Under the pieces are notes generated by a model. That model did no database searches. It saw only the letters and a list, made by a program, of their open reading frames with translations, and was not told where the DNA came from. A stretch of 64,000 nucleotides of DNA from an uncultured bacterium. GTDB lineage: Bacteria; Bacillota; Clostridia; Oscillospirales; Oscillospiraceae. The stretch lies in the NCBI GenBank assembly GCA_947564255.1, contig CANOBV010000001.1, positions 5,404 through 69,403 of the forward strand, written 5' to 3'. Positions 1 to 8,920 of this stretch are shown here, piece by piece. The translations under genes were made by a program, and so were the position numbers. Each line of letters opens with the position of its first letter. Within the stretch, counting starts at the first letter, position 1.

Positions 1-397
1 GGTCGATCTTGTTCACAACCACGATCACCTTGTGGCCCAGTTCCAGGGCTTTGGACAGCACAAAGCGGGTCTGGGGCATGGGGCCCTCGGCGGCGTCCAC
101 CAGCAGGATGACGCCGTTGACCATCTTCAAAATGCGCTCCACCTCGCCGCCGAAGTCGGCGTGGCCCGGGGTGTCCACGATGTTGATTTTGGTGTCCTTG
201 TAGTGGACGGCGGTGTTCTTGGCCAGGATGGTGATGCCCCGCTCCCGCTCCAGGTCATTGGAGTCCATCACCCGGTCCACGGTGGCCTGGTTCTCCCGGT
301 AGATGCCGCCCTGCTTGAGCATCTCGTCCACCAGGGTGGTTTTGCCGTGGTCCACGTGGGCGATAATCGCAATATTCCTCAATTTCTCGTTTCGCAT
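1..397 (-). CDS. typA: Translational GTPase TypA/BipA, N-terminal part (runs off the window edge)
   Basis: Manual translation from ATG at 397: [31 protein letters not shown]...[18 protein letters not shown]...[29 protein letters not shown] upstream. Not in the ORF track. Confidence 0.95.
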   Translation of the reverse strand, partial: MRNEKLRNIAIIAHVDHGKTTLVDEMLKQGGIYRENQATVDRVMDSNDLERERGITILAKNTAVHYKDTKINIVDTPGHADFGGEVERILKMVNGVILLVDAAEGPMPQTRFVLSKALELGHKVIVVVNKID

Positions 398-540
398 AGC
401 AGTGTATCTCCTTTTGTCCGACAAGGCCGCGGGGCCTCATCGAAAATGAGGCGGCGCGAAGCGCCGTGGATTCAATCAAAAATTGGGAGCTCTTACAAAA
501 CAGTTCCTCATAATGGGATGAGGCTTAAACACGGTTTATT

Positions 541-569
541 ATTATATCTCCACCTTCCTCCGATTGCAA
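541..569 (-). promoter_or_regulatory. sigma-A promoter for typA
   Basis: TTGCAA-17 bp-TATAAT on the minus strand. Confidence 0.7.
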
Positions 570-620
570 CAGTCGGAAAAGCGGAATTCCGGGACTTTTT
601 TAAAATTTTCTTGTGCCGCA

Positions 621-649
621 TTGACAGGAGGCGGGAAATTCGGTACAAT
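621..649 (+). promoter_or_regulatory. sigma-A promoter for tRNA-Arg
   Basis: TTGACA(621-626)-17 bp-TACAAT(644-649). Confidence 0.75.
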
Positions 650-733
650 AAGCTGAGTGCCGACGGGCGCGGTTCCGCAGAACAGAGCGTTCGACAGGTC
701 ATCTATTACATGGCAAGACAAAATTCAATACAT

Positions 734-810
734 GCCCCGATAGCTCAGCAGGATAGAGCGTCCGCCTCCTAAGCGGAAGGCCGCTGGTTCGAATCCAGTT
801 CGGGGTGCCA
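734..810 (+). tRNA. tRNA-Arg (anticodon CCT)
   Basis: Cloverleaf: acceptor GCCCCGA/TCGGGGT, D arm GCTC/GAGC with GGA (A20), anticodon arm TCCGC-CT-CCT-AA-GCGGA, T arm GCTGG-TTCGAAT-CCAGT, encoded CCA. Confidence 0.97.
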
Positions 811-816
811 AAACGC

Positions 817-854
817 AGAAGCGGGCGGTGTCTTGCCGACACCGCCCGCTTTCT
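817..854 (+). terminator. Intrinsic terminator after the tRNA (possibly bidirectional with csp)
   Basis: GCGGGCGGTGTC-TTGCC-GACACCGCCCGC followed by TTTCTG. Confidence 0.7.
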
Positions 855-935
855 GTGCTGTTGTTGACTTGTCTGCGCCGCCTCGTTTTTCACAGCTGAA
901 ACTGCGGCAAATGCGGCGGGCTTTTCTGCGAAAGC

Positions 936-1154
936 TTACGCCTCGGCCTGGGCGACCACGTTGGTGGCGCGCACGCCCTTGGCGCCGCGGGGGTCAGGCT
1001 CGGTCTCGAAGGTGACCTTCTGGCCTTCCAGCAGCTTCTTGTAGCCCTCGGCCACGATGGCGGAGAAGTGGACAAACACATCCTCGGTGCCGTCGTCGGG
1101 GGTGATGAAGCCATAGCCCTTTTCAGCGTTGAACCATTTCACAGTACCGTTCAT
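936..1154 (-). CDS. cspA: Cold-shock protein (CspA family)
   Basis: [15 protein letters not shown] (RNP1) and DVFVHFSAI (RNP2); RBS AAGGAGG. Confidence 0.95.
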   Translation of the reverse strand: MNGTVKWFNAEKGYGFITPDDGTEDVFVHFSAIVAEGYKKLLEGQKVTFETEPDPRGAKGVRATNVVAQAEA

Positions 1155-1268
1155 TTCCTATATCCTCCTTATTTGTAAAAATTTCGTTTTGAAAGTAGAA
1201 GAAAAAAGTCCGCCCTTTCGTGTACGAAAGAGCGGGCACAAATCAGTTCATACATCAAAACCATTGTC

Positions 1269-1297
1269 AGTATAACACCGCATCAAAAAACTGTCAA
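1269..1297 (-). promoter_or_regulatory. sigma-A promoter for the csp gene
   Basis: TTGACA-17 bp-TATACT on the minus strand. Confidence 0.75.
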
Positions 1298-1390
1298 GCA
1301 CACTTTGAAAAAAAACCGAAAATGGCGGCACTTTGGAACAAATTTTCATCTGCTTCCACAAAAAACTACTTTTTTCCTAGCGTTTCCAGA

Positions 1391-2167
1391 TCAATCCGGA
1401 ATGTGGAAGAAACTACGCCCATTTGCCAGGGTGATCCTGGAACATTCATCCGGCGTAATCCCTTTCAGCTCCGCCAGCCGCACGCAGACCAGCTCCACAT
1501 AGCCGGAGTGGTTTCGTTTGCCCCGGTAAGGGACCGGGGCCATATAGGGGCTGTCTGTCTCGATCATGATGCGCTCCAGCGGAACGGCCTGGGCCGCCTC
1601 CACCGCCTTCCGGGCGTTTTTGTAGGTGAGCACCCCGGTGAAAGAGACCATCCACCCCAGACTCACCAGCTCCCTGGCCATCTCGGCGCTGCCGGAGAAG
1701 CAGTGGAATACGCCGCGTGCGCCGGGGAACTCCCGAATGATGTCCAGACTATCCCCGTGGGCCTCCCGGTCATGGACAATAACAGGCAGGTTCAGCTCCA
1801 CGGCCAGAGCCAGCTGAGCCCGGAATACCCGCTTCTGAAGCTCCCTCGAAGGATTTTCGGGCCAATAATAGTCCAGGCCGATTTCCCCGATGGCCACCAC
1901 CTTGGGCCGGCCGGCCAATGCCCGCAGCGCGTCCAGGTCCCCGTCCGTCCAGCTTCCGCATTCCTCCGGGTGAACCCCCACGGCGGCGTAGACAAAGGGA
2001 TACCGTCCGGCCAGCTCCACAGCCGCTTGGGAGCTGGCCAGATCGCAGCCGGGGTTGACCACCAGCTCCACCCCCTGGCCGGGAAGGGCGGAGAGCACCT
2101 GGTCCCGGTCGGGGTCGAACTGTCGGGCATCGTAGTGCGCGTGGGTGTCGAACAAAGCCATGCTCAT
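1391..2167 (-). CDS. tatD: TatD family deoxyribonuclease
   Basis: DTHAH, GVHP, AIGEIGLDY, VHDREA, FHCFSG, IETDSPY motifs; start overlaps the upstream stop (ATGA). Confidence 0.92.
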   Translation of the reverse strand: MSMALFDTHAHYDARQFDPDRDQVLSALPGQGVELVVNPGCDLASSQAAVELAGRYPFVYAAVGVHPEECGSWTDGDLDALRALAGRPKVVAIGEIGLDYYWPENPSRELQKRVFRAQLALAVELNLPVIVHDREAHGDSLDIIREFPGARGVFHCFSGSAEMARELVSLGWMVSFTGVLTYKNARKAVEAAQAVPLERIMIETDSPYMAPVPYRGKRNHSGYVELVCVRLAELKGITPDECSRITLANGRSFFHIPD

Positions 2168-2754
2168 GGAGTCACCTGGACGTAGAATACGTCGCCCCAC
2201 TGTCCCTCTTCCGTGCCGTCGTCGACCAGCTCCTGAAAAGCGATATAGAACTCCTGAATCTCCTCCGGCACCTGGAACAGCAGCAGCTCGGTCCGGGTCT
2301 CCCGCACATTCAGGGTGAACTCCACCGGCATCTGCTTATCGGATTTGGTGGTGTAGGAGGAATTGCCGTTTTTGTCTCGGACCTCCTCATACAGCGGGTA
2401 GTCCCCGTCAAAATCCATGTCCTCTCCCTCGCCGACGGTCCACAGGACATTGAAGTCGTCGTCGTACATGGGTTGGTCGTCCGCGGTATAGTTGTAAAGG
2501 GTGAGGTCGGCGGTGAGAAATTTATACCCCGCATCGGGGATCAGCCCGTCAAATTCCGTACAGAACTGGGGATTTTCCACCGTCATGTCGAAAAAGGCGG
2601 TGCGCAGGGTGTCGCCGGTGTATCCCGCGGCCACGCCGTCGCTGTCGGGTTCAATTACCTTATCGCCCTTGAATTCAAAGCTGAGATTCAGGGAGCAGGC
2701 GGTCAAGGAAAGCAAAACCGCCAATGCCAGGAGAGAGGATATCAACCGTTTCAT
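2164..2754 (-). CDS. Lipoprotein, DUF4352-like Ig-fold domain
   Basis: Signal peptide MKRLISSLLALAVLLSLTAC (lipobox LTAC); acidic beta-rich body ending ...LLLFQVPE... Confidence 0.7.
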   Translation of the reverse strand: MKRLISSLLALAVLLSLTACSLNLSFEFKGDKVIEPDSDGVAAGYTGDTLRTAFFDMTVENPQFCTEFDGLIPDAGYKFLTADLTLYNYTADDQPMYDDDFNVLWTVGEGEDMDFDGDYPLYEEVRDKNGNSSYTTKSDKQMPVEFTLNVRETRTELLLFQVPEEIQEFYIAFQELVDDGTEEGQWGDVFYVQVTP

Positions 2755-2861
2755 AATTCCACTCTTCTTTCTCGTTTTCTCAAAAACTGTTTTGCCTGGG
2801 GCGGGCTGGGCCGGTGCCTGCCCGCTGAAATGCCCATAGTCCCTCCTGCCGTGGACATTTT

Positions 2862-4835
2862 TCAGCACAGCTTGGCCCCGGCGGGGATGGCGTCGTCCAC
2901 CATCAGAAGGTGCAGAACCTCCTCTCCCTTTTCGGTGTGGACGGCGGAGATGAGCATACCCTGGCTCTCCTGGCCCATCATCTTCCGGGGGGGCAGGTTG
3001 ACAATGGCCACCAGGGTCTTGCCGATGAGCTCCTCCGGCTTATACCACTTGGCGATGCCGGACAGAATCTGCCGGTCGGTCCCCGTGCCGTCGTCCAGGG
3101 TAAATTTCAGCAGCTTGTCGGACTTCTTCACGTTCTGGCAGTCCTTCACCTTGACCGCCCGGAAGTCGGATTTGCAGAAGGTGTCGAAATCCACCTGCTC
3201 CTCGGTAAGCGGCTCAATCTCCAGGGCGGGGAGGGCCGCCTTTTTGGCTTCCTCGGCGATGGCGTCCAGCTCGGCCAGCTCCTTGGCCATATCGATGCGG
3301 GGGAACAGGTTCTCCCCCTTGGCGACGGACAGTTTGGCGGGCAGGACGCCCCACCGGGCGGCGCTGTCCCAGGTCTGAGCGTCCGGGCCCGCGCCGATCT
3401 GGGCGAAAATCTTCCCGCAGCTGGCGGGCATGAAGGGAGTCAGCAGCACGGTGCACACCCGGACGGCCTCCAGCAGATTATAGAGCACCTGAGCCAGCCT
3501 TCCGCCGTTGGCCTCCATATCCTTGGCCAGGGCCCAGGGGGCGTTCTCGTCGATATACTTGTTGGCCCGCTGGATGACCTTGAAGACCTCCTCCAGGGCG
3601 TTCTGGAACTGGAACTTCTCCATCTGCCCCTCGTAACGCTCCCGCAGACCGGACGCCAAGGCGATGAGCGCCTGGTCCAATTCGGCGCTCTCCTTCGCCT
3701 CGGGGAGAGCGCCGCCGAAATACTTCTCCGCCATGGCGGTGGTGCGGCTCACCAGGTTGCCCAGGTCGTTGGCCAGGTCCACGTTGATGGTCTGGATCAG
3801 CAGCTCATTGGTAAAGTTCCCGTCGGAGCCGAAGGGGAAGGTGCGCAGCAGGAAAAACCGCAGGGCGTCTACCCCGTAGCGCTCGCTGAGCAGATGGGGG
3901 TCCACCACGTTGCCCTTGGACTTGGACATCTTGTCGCCGTTGAAGTTCAGCCACCCGTGGCCGTAGACCTTTTTCGGCAGGGGCAGGTCCATGCTCATGA
4001 GGAAAGCGGGCCAGTAGATGGCGTGGAACCGGACGATCTCCTTGCCCACGAAGTGGACGTCGGCGGGCCAGAATTTCTCCAGGTCGTTATATTTATCATT
4101 TTGATAACCCAGAGCGGTCATATAGTTGAACAGGGCGTCCAGCCACACGTAGACCACGTGGCCCGGGTCGAAGTCCACCGGCACCCCCCAGGTGAAGGAG
4201 GTGCGGGACACGCACAGGTCCTGGAGCCCCCCCTCGCAGTCGATGAAGTTGTTCACCATCTCGTTCACCCGGCTCCGGGGCTCCAGAAAGTCGGTGTTCA
4301 GCAGCAGGTCCCGGACTCTGTCGGCGTACTTGGACGCCCGGAAGAAATACGCCTCCTCCTCCGCGTCGTGGACGTCCCGGCCGCAGTCGGGGCACTTCCC
4401 GTCCACCAGCTGGCTGTCGGTCCAGAAGGACTCGCAGGGCGTGCAGTACTTGCCCTTGTATGAGCCCTTGTAGATATCGCCCTTGTCGTACATGGCGCGG
4501 AAGATCTTCTGGATGGCCTCCACGTGGTAGCCGTCGGTGGTGCGGATGAAGCGGTTGTAGGACACGTTCATCAGCTTCCACAGGTCCAGCACCCCGCCGG
4601 GGGCGGCCACGATGTCGTCCACGAACTGCTGGGGGGTGACCCCCGCCTCTTTGGCCTTGCCCTCGATCTTCTGGCCGTGTTCGTCGGTGCCGGTGAGGAA
4701 CATCACGTCGTAGCCGCACAGCCGCTTATACCGGGCCATGGCGTCGGTGGCCACGGTGCAGTAGGCGTGCCCGATGTGCAGCCTGCCCGAGGGGTAGTAG
4801 ATGGGGGTGGTAATATAAAACTTTTTGTCATTCAT
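2862..4835 (-). CDS. metG: Methionine--tRNA ligase with C-terminal tRNA-binding domain
   Basis: YITTPIYYPSGRLHIGH, KMSKS, CxxC...CxxC knuckle, C-terminal Trbp111-like domain. Confidence 0.97.
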   Translation of the reverse strand: MNDKKFYITTPIYYPSGRLHIGHAYCTVATDAMARYKRLCGYDVMFLTGTDEHGQKIEGKAKEAGVTPQQFVDDIVAAPGGVLDLWKLMNVSYNRFIRTTDGYHVEAIQKIFRAMYDKGDIYKGSYKGKYCTPCESFWTDSQLVDGKCPDCGRDVHDAEEEAYFFRASKYADRVRDLLLNTDFLEPRSRVNEMVNNFIDCEGGLQDLCVSRTSFTWGVPVDFDPGHVVYVWLDALFNYMTALGYQNDKYNDLEKFWPADVHFVGKEIVRFHAIYWPAFLMSMDLPLPKKVYGHGWLNFNGDKMSKSKGNVVDPHLLSERYGVDALRFFLLRTFPFGSDGNFTNELLIQTINVDLANDLGNLVSRTTAMAEKYFGGALPEAKESAELDQALIALASGLRERYEGQMEKFQFQNALEEVFKVIQRANKYIDENAPWALAKDMEANGGRLAQVLYNLLEAVRVCTVLLTPFMPASCGKIFAQIGAGPDAQTWDSAARWGVLPAKLSVAKGENLFPRIDMAKELAELDAIAEEAKKAALPALEIEPLTEEQVDFDTFCKSDFRAVKVKDCQNVKKSDKLLKFTLDDGTGTDRQILSGIAKWYKPEELIGKTLVAIVNLPPRKMMGQESQGMLISAVHTEKGEEVLHLLMVDDAIPAGAKLC

Positions 4836-5781
4836 CGGTGGGTTCCTCCTGTATCGTTGGTGTCCGGCCGGGCTTGGAGCCGGGGATTTGGCGCGGTTTG
4901 GGCGGATGCTCCAGATTGGGCGGCAGCCGCCACAGCACCGCCGCCGCAGTCAGCGACTGGGACAGCAGCAGCAGCGCGTCCGCCCACGCCTTGTCACAAA
5001 TGGCGGAGACCAGGGCCACGGCGGACAAAACCAGGGTCATGGCCGCCAGCCACAGCAGCCGCCTCGGTCTGGCCGCTCCGGCGGATATCCCGGCAAAATC
5101 CATGTAGAACATCATCCCGGACATGATGGCCAGCAGCAGCGGGGCGTAATCCCACTGCACAGGGTTGGCGGCGTGGGCCCGGAAGCTCTCCATCAGCCAT
5201 ATGCACCCCGCCACGCCGGGCAGGGCGGCGGAAAAGCCCCCCTTGCCCCGCCGGCCGGGGTGGAGCCCATCCCGGCCCATCTGGAGCAGGCCCAGGAAGG
5301 CCAGCAGAGCGCCCGCCGCCGTGGCGATGGTGAGCGCGCCGTTGTTGCTGGGCAGCTGGACGCTGAGTCCCTGGGCCAGCGCGGCGCGGGCCTTCTGATA
5401 GTCCTGCCACTGGCTGATTCCCGTGGGGAGCAGCGCTGGGGCGGACGCCGCCGCCAGGAACGCCGCCACAACTACGGAGATGGGGTATACCGGGTCCCCG
5501 GCGTCCAGAAACACCAGGTCCCAGCGGCGGGCCTGCCCGGCGGCGCAGGGGGGGCTGGACATCGGCTGCCGCATGGACAGGATGACAAACCAGGCGGCCG
5601 ACATCACCAGTACGCAGGTCAGGATGACGCTGGCTTGGGCGCCGGGGACGGCCAGGCCGGTGCCCTCCTCAAAGGCGGAGGCCAGCTGCCAGCGGCGCAG
5701 GGCGGCGCACACAAAACCCGCCGCCAGGGCGAACAGCAGCCAGAGTGTCCGCGCGGATAAGTTCTTACTCAAACGCTCCAT
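4828..5781 (-). CDS. Hypothetical multi-pass membrane protein
   Basis: Roughly 8 hydrophobic segments; RBS GAGGGGGGAGG before MERLSKN; overlaps the metG start. Confidence 0.7.
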   Translation of the reverse strand: MERLSKNLSARTLWLLFALAAGFVCAALRRWQLASAFEEGTGLAVPGAQASVILTCVLVMSAAWFVILSMRQPMSSPPCAAGQARRWDLVFLDAGDPVYPISVVVAAFLAAASAPALLPTGISQWQDYQKARAALAQGLSVQLPSNNGALTIATAAGALLAFLGLLQMGRDGLHPGRRGKGGFSAALPGVAGCIWLMESFRAHAANPVQWDYAPLLLAIMSGMMFYMDFAGISAGAARPRRLLWLAAMTLVLSAVALVSAICDKAWADALLLLSQSLTAAAVLWRLPPNLEHPPKPRQIPGSKPGRTPTIQEEPTDE

Positions 5782-5836
5782 GGAACGCCTCCCCCCTCGG
5801 GCTGAGGCCCGGGACAAAATCAGGGCACATCATCTC

Positions 5837-6460
5837 TCAAAGCCCCTTCCAGCGGTTGAAGGGGAACATCACTGCCATCCCGCGGCCAATAACGCACCGG
5901 ATATCCACGATGCCGATATCGGGGAACCGGCTGTCCGCGGAGTGGTTGCGGTTGTCGCCCATGACGAAGATGCACCCCTCGGGGACCACCACATTGTTCA
6001 CGCCTTCCCCCCAGGCGGGGAGGAACATCTGCTCTTTGGTGTAGTCCTCCTCCAGCGGCTTGCCGTCCACATAAACGGTGTTTCGGACATAGTCCACGTA
6101 CACATGCTGGCCCTCGGTGGCAATGACCCGCTTGACAATGGAATCCTCCTGGTAGCTCTCCTGTGTGAGCACCACAATGTCCCCCTGCTTGGGGACGTAG
6201 CCCAGGGACCAGACCAGAATCAGGTCTCCGCCGTGGAGGGTGTTTTCCATGGACGGCCCGCTGACCACAATGATCCGGGCCACAAAGGTGAACATGAGCA
6301 CGAACAGCGACATCATGACCACCAGCACCCGTACGTTCAGGTACAGGTCCCGGCCGTCGGAGGCCTCCCGGCGCGGTTTTGCCTCGGGCTTTGCCCCGTC
6401 ACCCGGGGCGGACGCGCCCTGCTGTGGATTCTGCTCCACTTCCGATTCCCAGTTTTCCAT
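5837..6460 (-). CDS. lepB: Signal peptidase I
   Basis: TM anchor, VSGPSMENTL (catalytic Ser), VKRVIA (catalytic Lys), GDNRNHSADSR. Confidence 0.93.
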   Translation of the reverse strand: MENWESEVEQNPQQGASAPGDGAKPEAKPRREASDGRDLYLNVRVLVVMMSLFVLMFTFVARIIVVSGPSMENTLHGGDLILVWSLGYVPKQGDIVVLTQESYQEDSIVKRVIATEGQHVYVDYVRNTVYVDGKPLEEDYTKEQMFLPAWGEGVNNVVVPEGCIFVMGDNRNHSADSRFPDIGIVDIRCVIGRGMAVMFPFNRWKGL

Positions 6461-6463
6461 GTG

Positions 6464-8323
6464 TCAGCTCTCCGTCCCGTTTCCGGCGCAGCTCAAAGCC
6501 GCCGGGTCGTCATATACCAGCTGGAACTGCGCGGCGTCCATGGTCTCGTGTTCCAGCAGGAACCGGGCTACCAGCTCCAGCTTGTCCCGGTCCCGCTCCA
6601 GAATCTCTTCGCACCGGGCGTAGGCCCTGTCCAGCAGGTCCTTCACCTCCTGGTCGATGAGGGCGGCGGTCTGCTCGGAATAGGGCTTGGCCTGGGCCAT
6701 GGAGCGCCCGATGAACACCTCGTCGTGGCCGCTGGTGAAGGTGGCGTGGCCAAGGTTCTGGCTCATGCCGTACTTGGTCACCATATCCCGGGCGATGGCG
6801 GTGGCGCGCTGGAGGTCGCTCACCGCGCCGGTGCACACAAAGCCCAGAGCGACGGCCTCGGCGCAGCGCCCCGCCAGCAGGGTGGACAGGGTCTCCACCA
6901 GCTTCTGCCGGGACACGTGGTCCCGGTCCTCCTGGGGGCGGTTGATGGTCATGCCCGCCGCGTCTCCCCGGGGGATGATGGTGATCTGGTGCACCGGGTC
7001 CTGGGTGGGCAGGGCGTGGCTCACCACGGCGTGGCCCGCCTCGTGATAGGCGGTGATGCGCTTGTCCTCCTCGATTTTCACCCGGCTGCGCTTCTCCGGT
7101 CCGGCGATGACCTTGATCACCGACTCCTGAATGTCGTCCAGGGTGATGAAGCGCCGGTCGCGCCGGGCGGCCAGCAGGGCGGACTCGTTCATCAGGTTCT
7201 CCAGGTCCGCCCCGGTGAACCCGGTGGTCTGCCGGGCGACCTCCTTCAGGTCCACATCGTCGGCCAGGGGCTTTTTCCGGGTGTGGACCCGGAGAATCTC
7301 CTCCCGGCCCCTCATGTCCGGCCGGCCCACATACACCTGCCGGTCGAACCGGCCGGGGCGGAGCAGGGCGGGGTCCAGGATGTCCTGCCGGTTGGTGGCG
7401 GCCAGCACAATGACGCCCTCGTTGGCGGCGAAGCCGTCCATCTCCACCAGCAGCTGGTTCAGGGTCTGCTCCCGCTCGTCGTGGCCGCCGCCCAGGCCCG
7501 CGCCACGCTGGCGGCCCACCGCGTCGATCTCGTCGATGAACACAATGGCGGGGGACTCCTTCTTGGCCTGGTCGAACAGGTCCCGGACGCGGGACGCGCC
7601 CACGCCCACGTACAGCTCCACGAAGTCGGAGCCGGAGATGGACAGAAAGCGCACTCCGGCCTCCCCGGCCACCGCCCGGGCCAGCAGAGTCTTGCCTGTT
7701 CCCGGCGGGCCCACCAGCAGCACGCCCTTGGGGATGCGGGCTCCCAGGTCGATGAACTTCTGCGGCTCCTTGAGGAAGTCCACCAGCTCCTGGAGCTCCT
7801 GCTTTTCCTCATCCGCTCCGGCCACGTCGGCAAAGGTGACGGAGCCCTCGCCGGCCTCCACGGTCCGGGCCCGGCCAAAACGGCTGGGCCCGGGGCTGCT
7901 GCCGCCCTGAGAGGACTGCTGGTGGACGCCCAGCAGCATCCACAGCACCAGGGCCAGCCCCGCCGACACCACGCAGGGGAGCAGGACAATGAGCCACAGG
8001 GGCATTTCGTACCCCTGCTTGAAATCATAGGTCTTGATGATTCCCCGCTGGTACTGGTCCAGATAGAGGGGCCCCGCCTCCTGGCGGAAAGCGTCCACGT
8101 CCGCCAGGGCGTGGCGGAGGATGGAGCCGTCCTTCAGCTCCATGGACAGCAGGCCGCCGCTGTCCACAACAAAGCGGACCACCTGCTCCTGCTGAAAACA
8201 GGCCAGAGCGGTGGAGTAGGACACCTGGTCCTTTTTCCCCCCGGTGAACAGCGTCAGCCCCCACAGAAGGGCCAGCACCACCGCCATATATAGGACAATA
8301 CTCCTGATTCTACTCTGCTTCAA
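6464..8323 (-). CDS. ftsH: ATP-dependent zinc metalloprotease FtsH
   Basis: Two N-terminal TM helices, [31 protein letters not shown]. Confidence 0.96.
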   Translation of the reverse strand: MKQSRIRSIVLYMAVVLALLWGLTLFTGGKKDQVSYSTALACFQQEQVVRFVVDSGGLLSMELKDGSILRHALADVDAFRQEAGPLYLDQYQRGIIKTYDFKQGYEMPLWLIVLLPCVVSAGLALVLWMLLGVHQQSSQGGSSPGPSRFGRARTVEAGEGSVTFADVAGADEEKQELQELVDFLKEPQKFIDLGARIPKGVLLVGPPGTGKTLLARAVAGEAGVRFLSISGSDFVELYVGVGASRVRDLFDQAKKESPAIVFIDEIDAVGRQRGAGLGGGHDEREQTLNQLLVEMDGFAANEGVIVLAATNRQDILDPALLRPGRFDRQVYVGRPDMRGREEILRVHTRKKPLADDVDLKEVARQTTGFTGADLENLMNESALLAARRDRRFITLDDIQESVIKVIAGPEKRSRVKIEEDKRITAYHEAGHAVVSHALPTQDPVHQITIIPRGDAAGMTINRPQEDRDHVSRQKLVETLSTLLAGRCAEAVALGFVCTGAVSDLQRATAIARDMVTKYGMSQNLGHATFTSGHDEVFIGRSMAQAKPYSEQTAALIDQEVKDLLDRAYARCEEILERDRDKLELVARFLLEHETMDAAQFQLVYDDPAALSCAGNGTES

Positions 8324-8374
8324 AATGAGTTTTCTCCTTCGGCGCAGGGGGCCCTCCGGCCCCGCCGCTTATTT

Positions 8375-8920
8375 TTACGGCTTTTTATATACGGAAGGCT
8401 TCAAAATGCCCACGTAGGGCAGGTTGCGGTATTTCCCATCGTAGTCCAGGCCATAGCCCACGATAAACGCGTCGGGGATGGTGAAGCCGCAGTAGTCGGC
8501 GGTGATGGGCTGGGAGCGGCGCTCCGGCTTATCCATCAGGGTACAGATGCGGATGGAGGCGGGCTTCCGGGCCCGGAGCACCTCCATGAGGTAGTACAGG
8601 GTGTTGCCGGAATCCAGGATGTCCTCTACGATAATGAGGTCCCGGCCCTCGATGGAGTCGGACAGGTCCTTTTTGATCTCCACCTGGCCGGAGCTGACGG
8701 TGCCCGCGCCATAGGAGGACACCACCATGAAATCCACCGTCACGTTCAGGCCGATGGCCCGGGTGAGGTCGGCCATGAAGATATAGGACCCCCGGAGGAC
8801 GGACACCAGCAGGGGTTCGCGCCCCGCGTAATCGGTGGTGATCTGGGCTCCCAGCTCTTTGACCCGGCTGCGGAGCTCTTCCTCGGTGTACAGGATTTTC
8901 TCCACGTCTTTGTGCATCAT
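8375..8920 (-). CDS. hpt: Hypoxanthine phosphoribosyltransferase
   Basis: LIIVEDILDSGNTL PRPP motif, FIVGYGLDY; tilS-hpt-ftsH synteny. Confidence 0.95.
   Translation of the reverse strand: MMHKDVEKILYTEEELRSRVKELGAQITTDYAGREPLLVSVLRGSYIFMADLTRAIGLNVTVDFMVVSSYGAGTVSSGQVEIKKDLSDSIEGRDLIIVEDILDSGNTLYYLMEVLRARKPASIRICTLMDKPERRSQPITADYCGFTIPDAFIVGYGLDYDGKYRNLPYVGILKPSVYKKP

Noticed and set aside
734-810. tRNA-Arg as the attachment site of an integrated island
   Set aside because: No integrase nearby, and I found no duplicate of the tRNA 3' end in the window; the site looks empty.
5423-8293. Long antisense ORFs (also 12225-14399, 21303-23741, 33919-36138, 45763-48279, 54605-56752 and others)
   Set aside because: Shadow frames opposite well-supported genes, expected from high-GC codon bias; no recognisable motifs.
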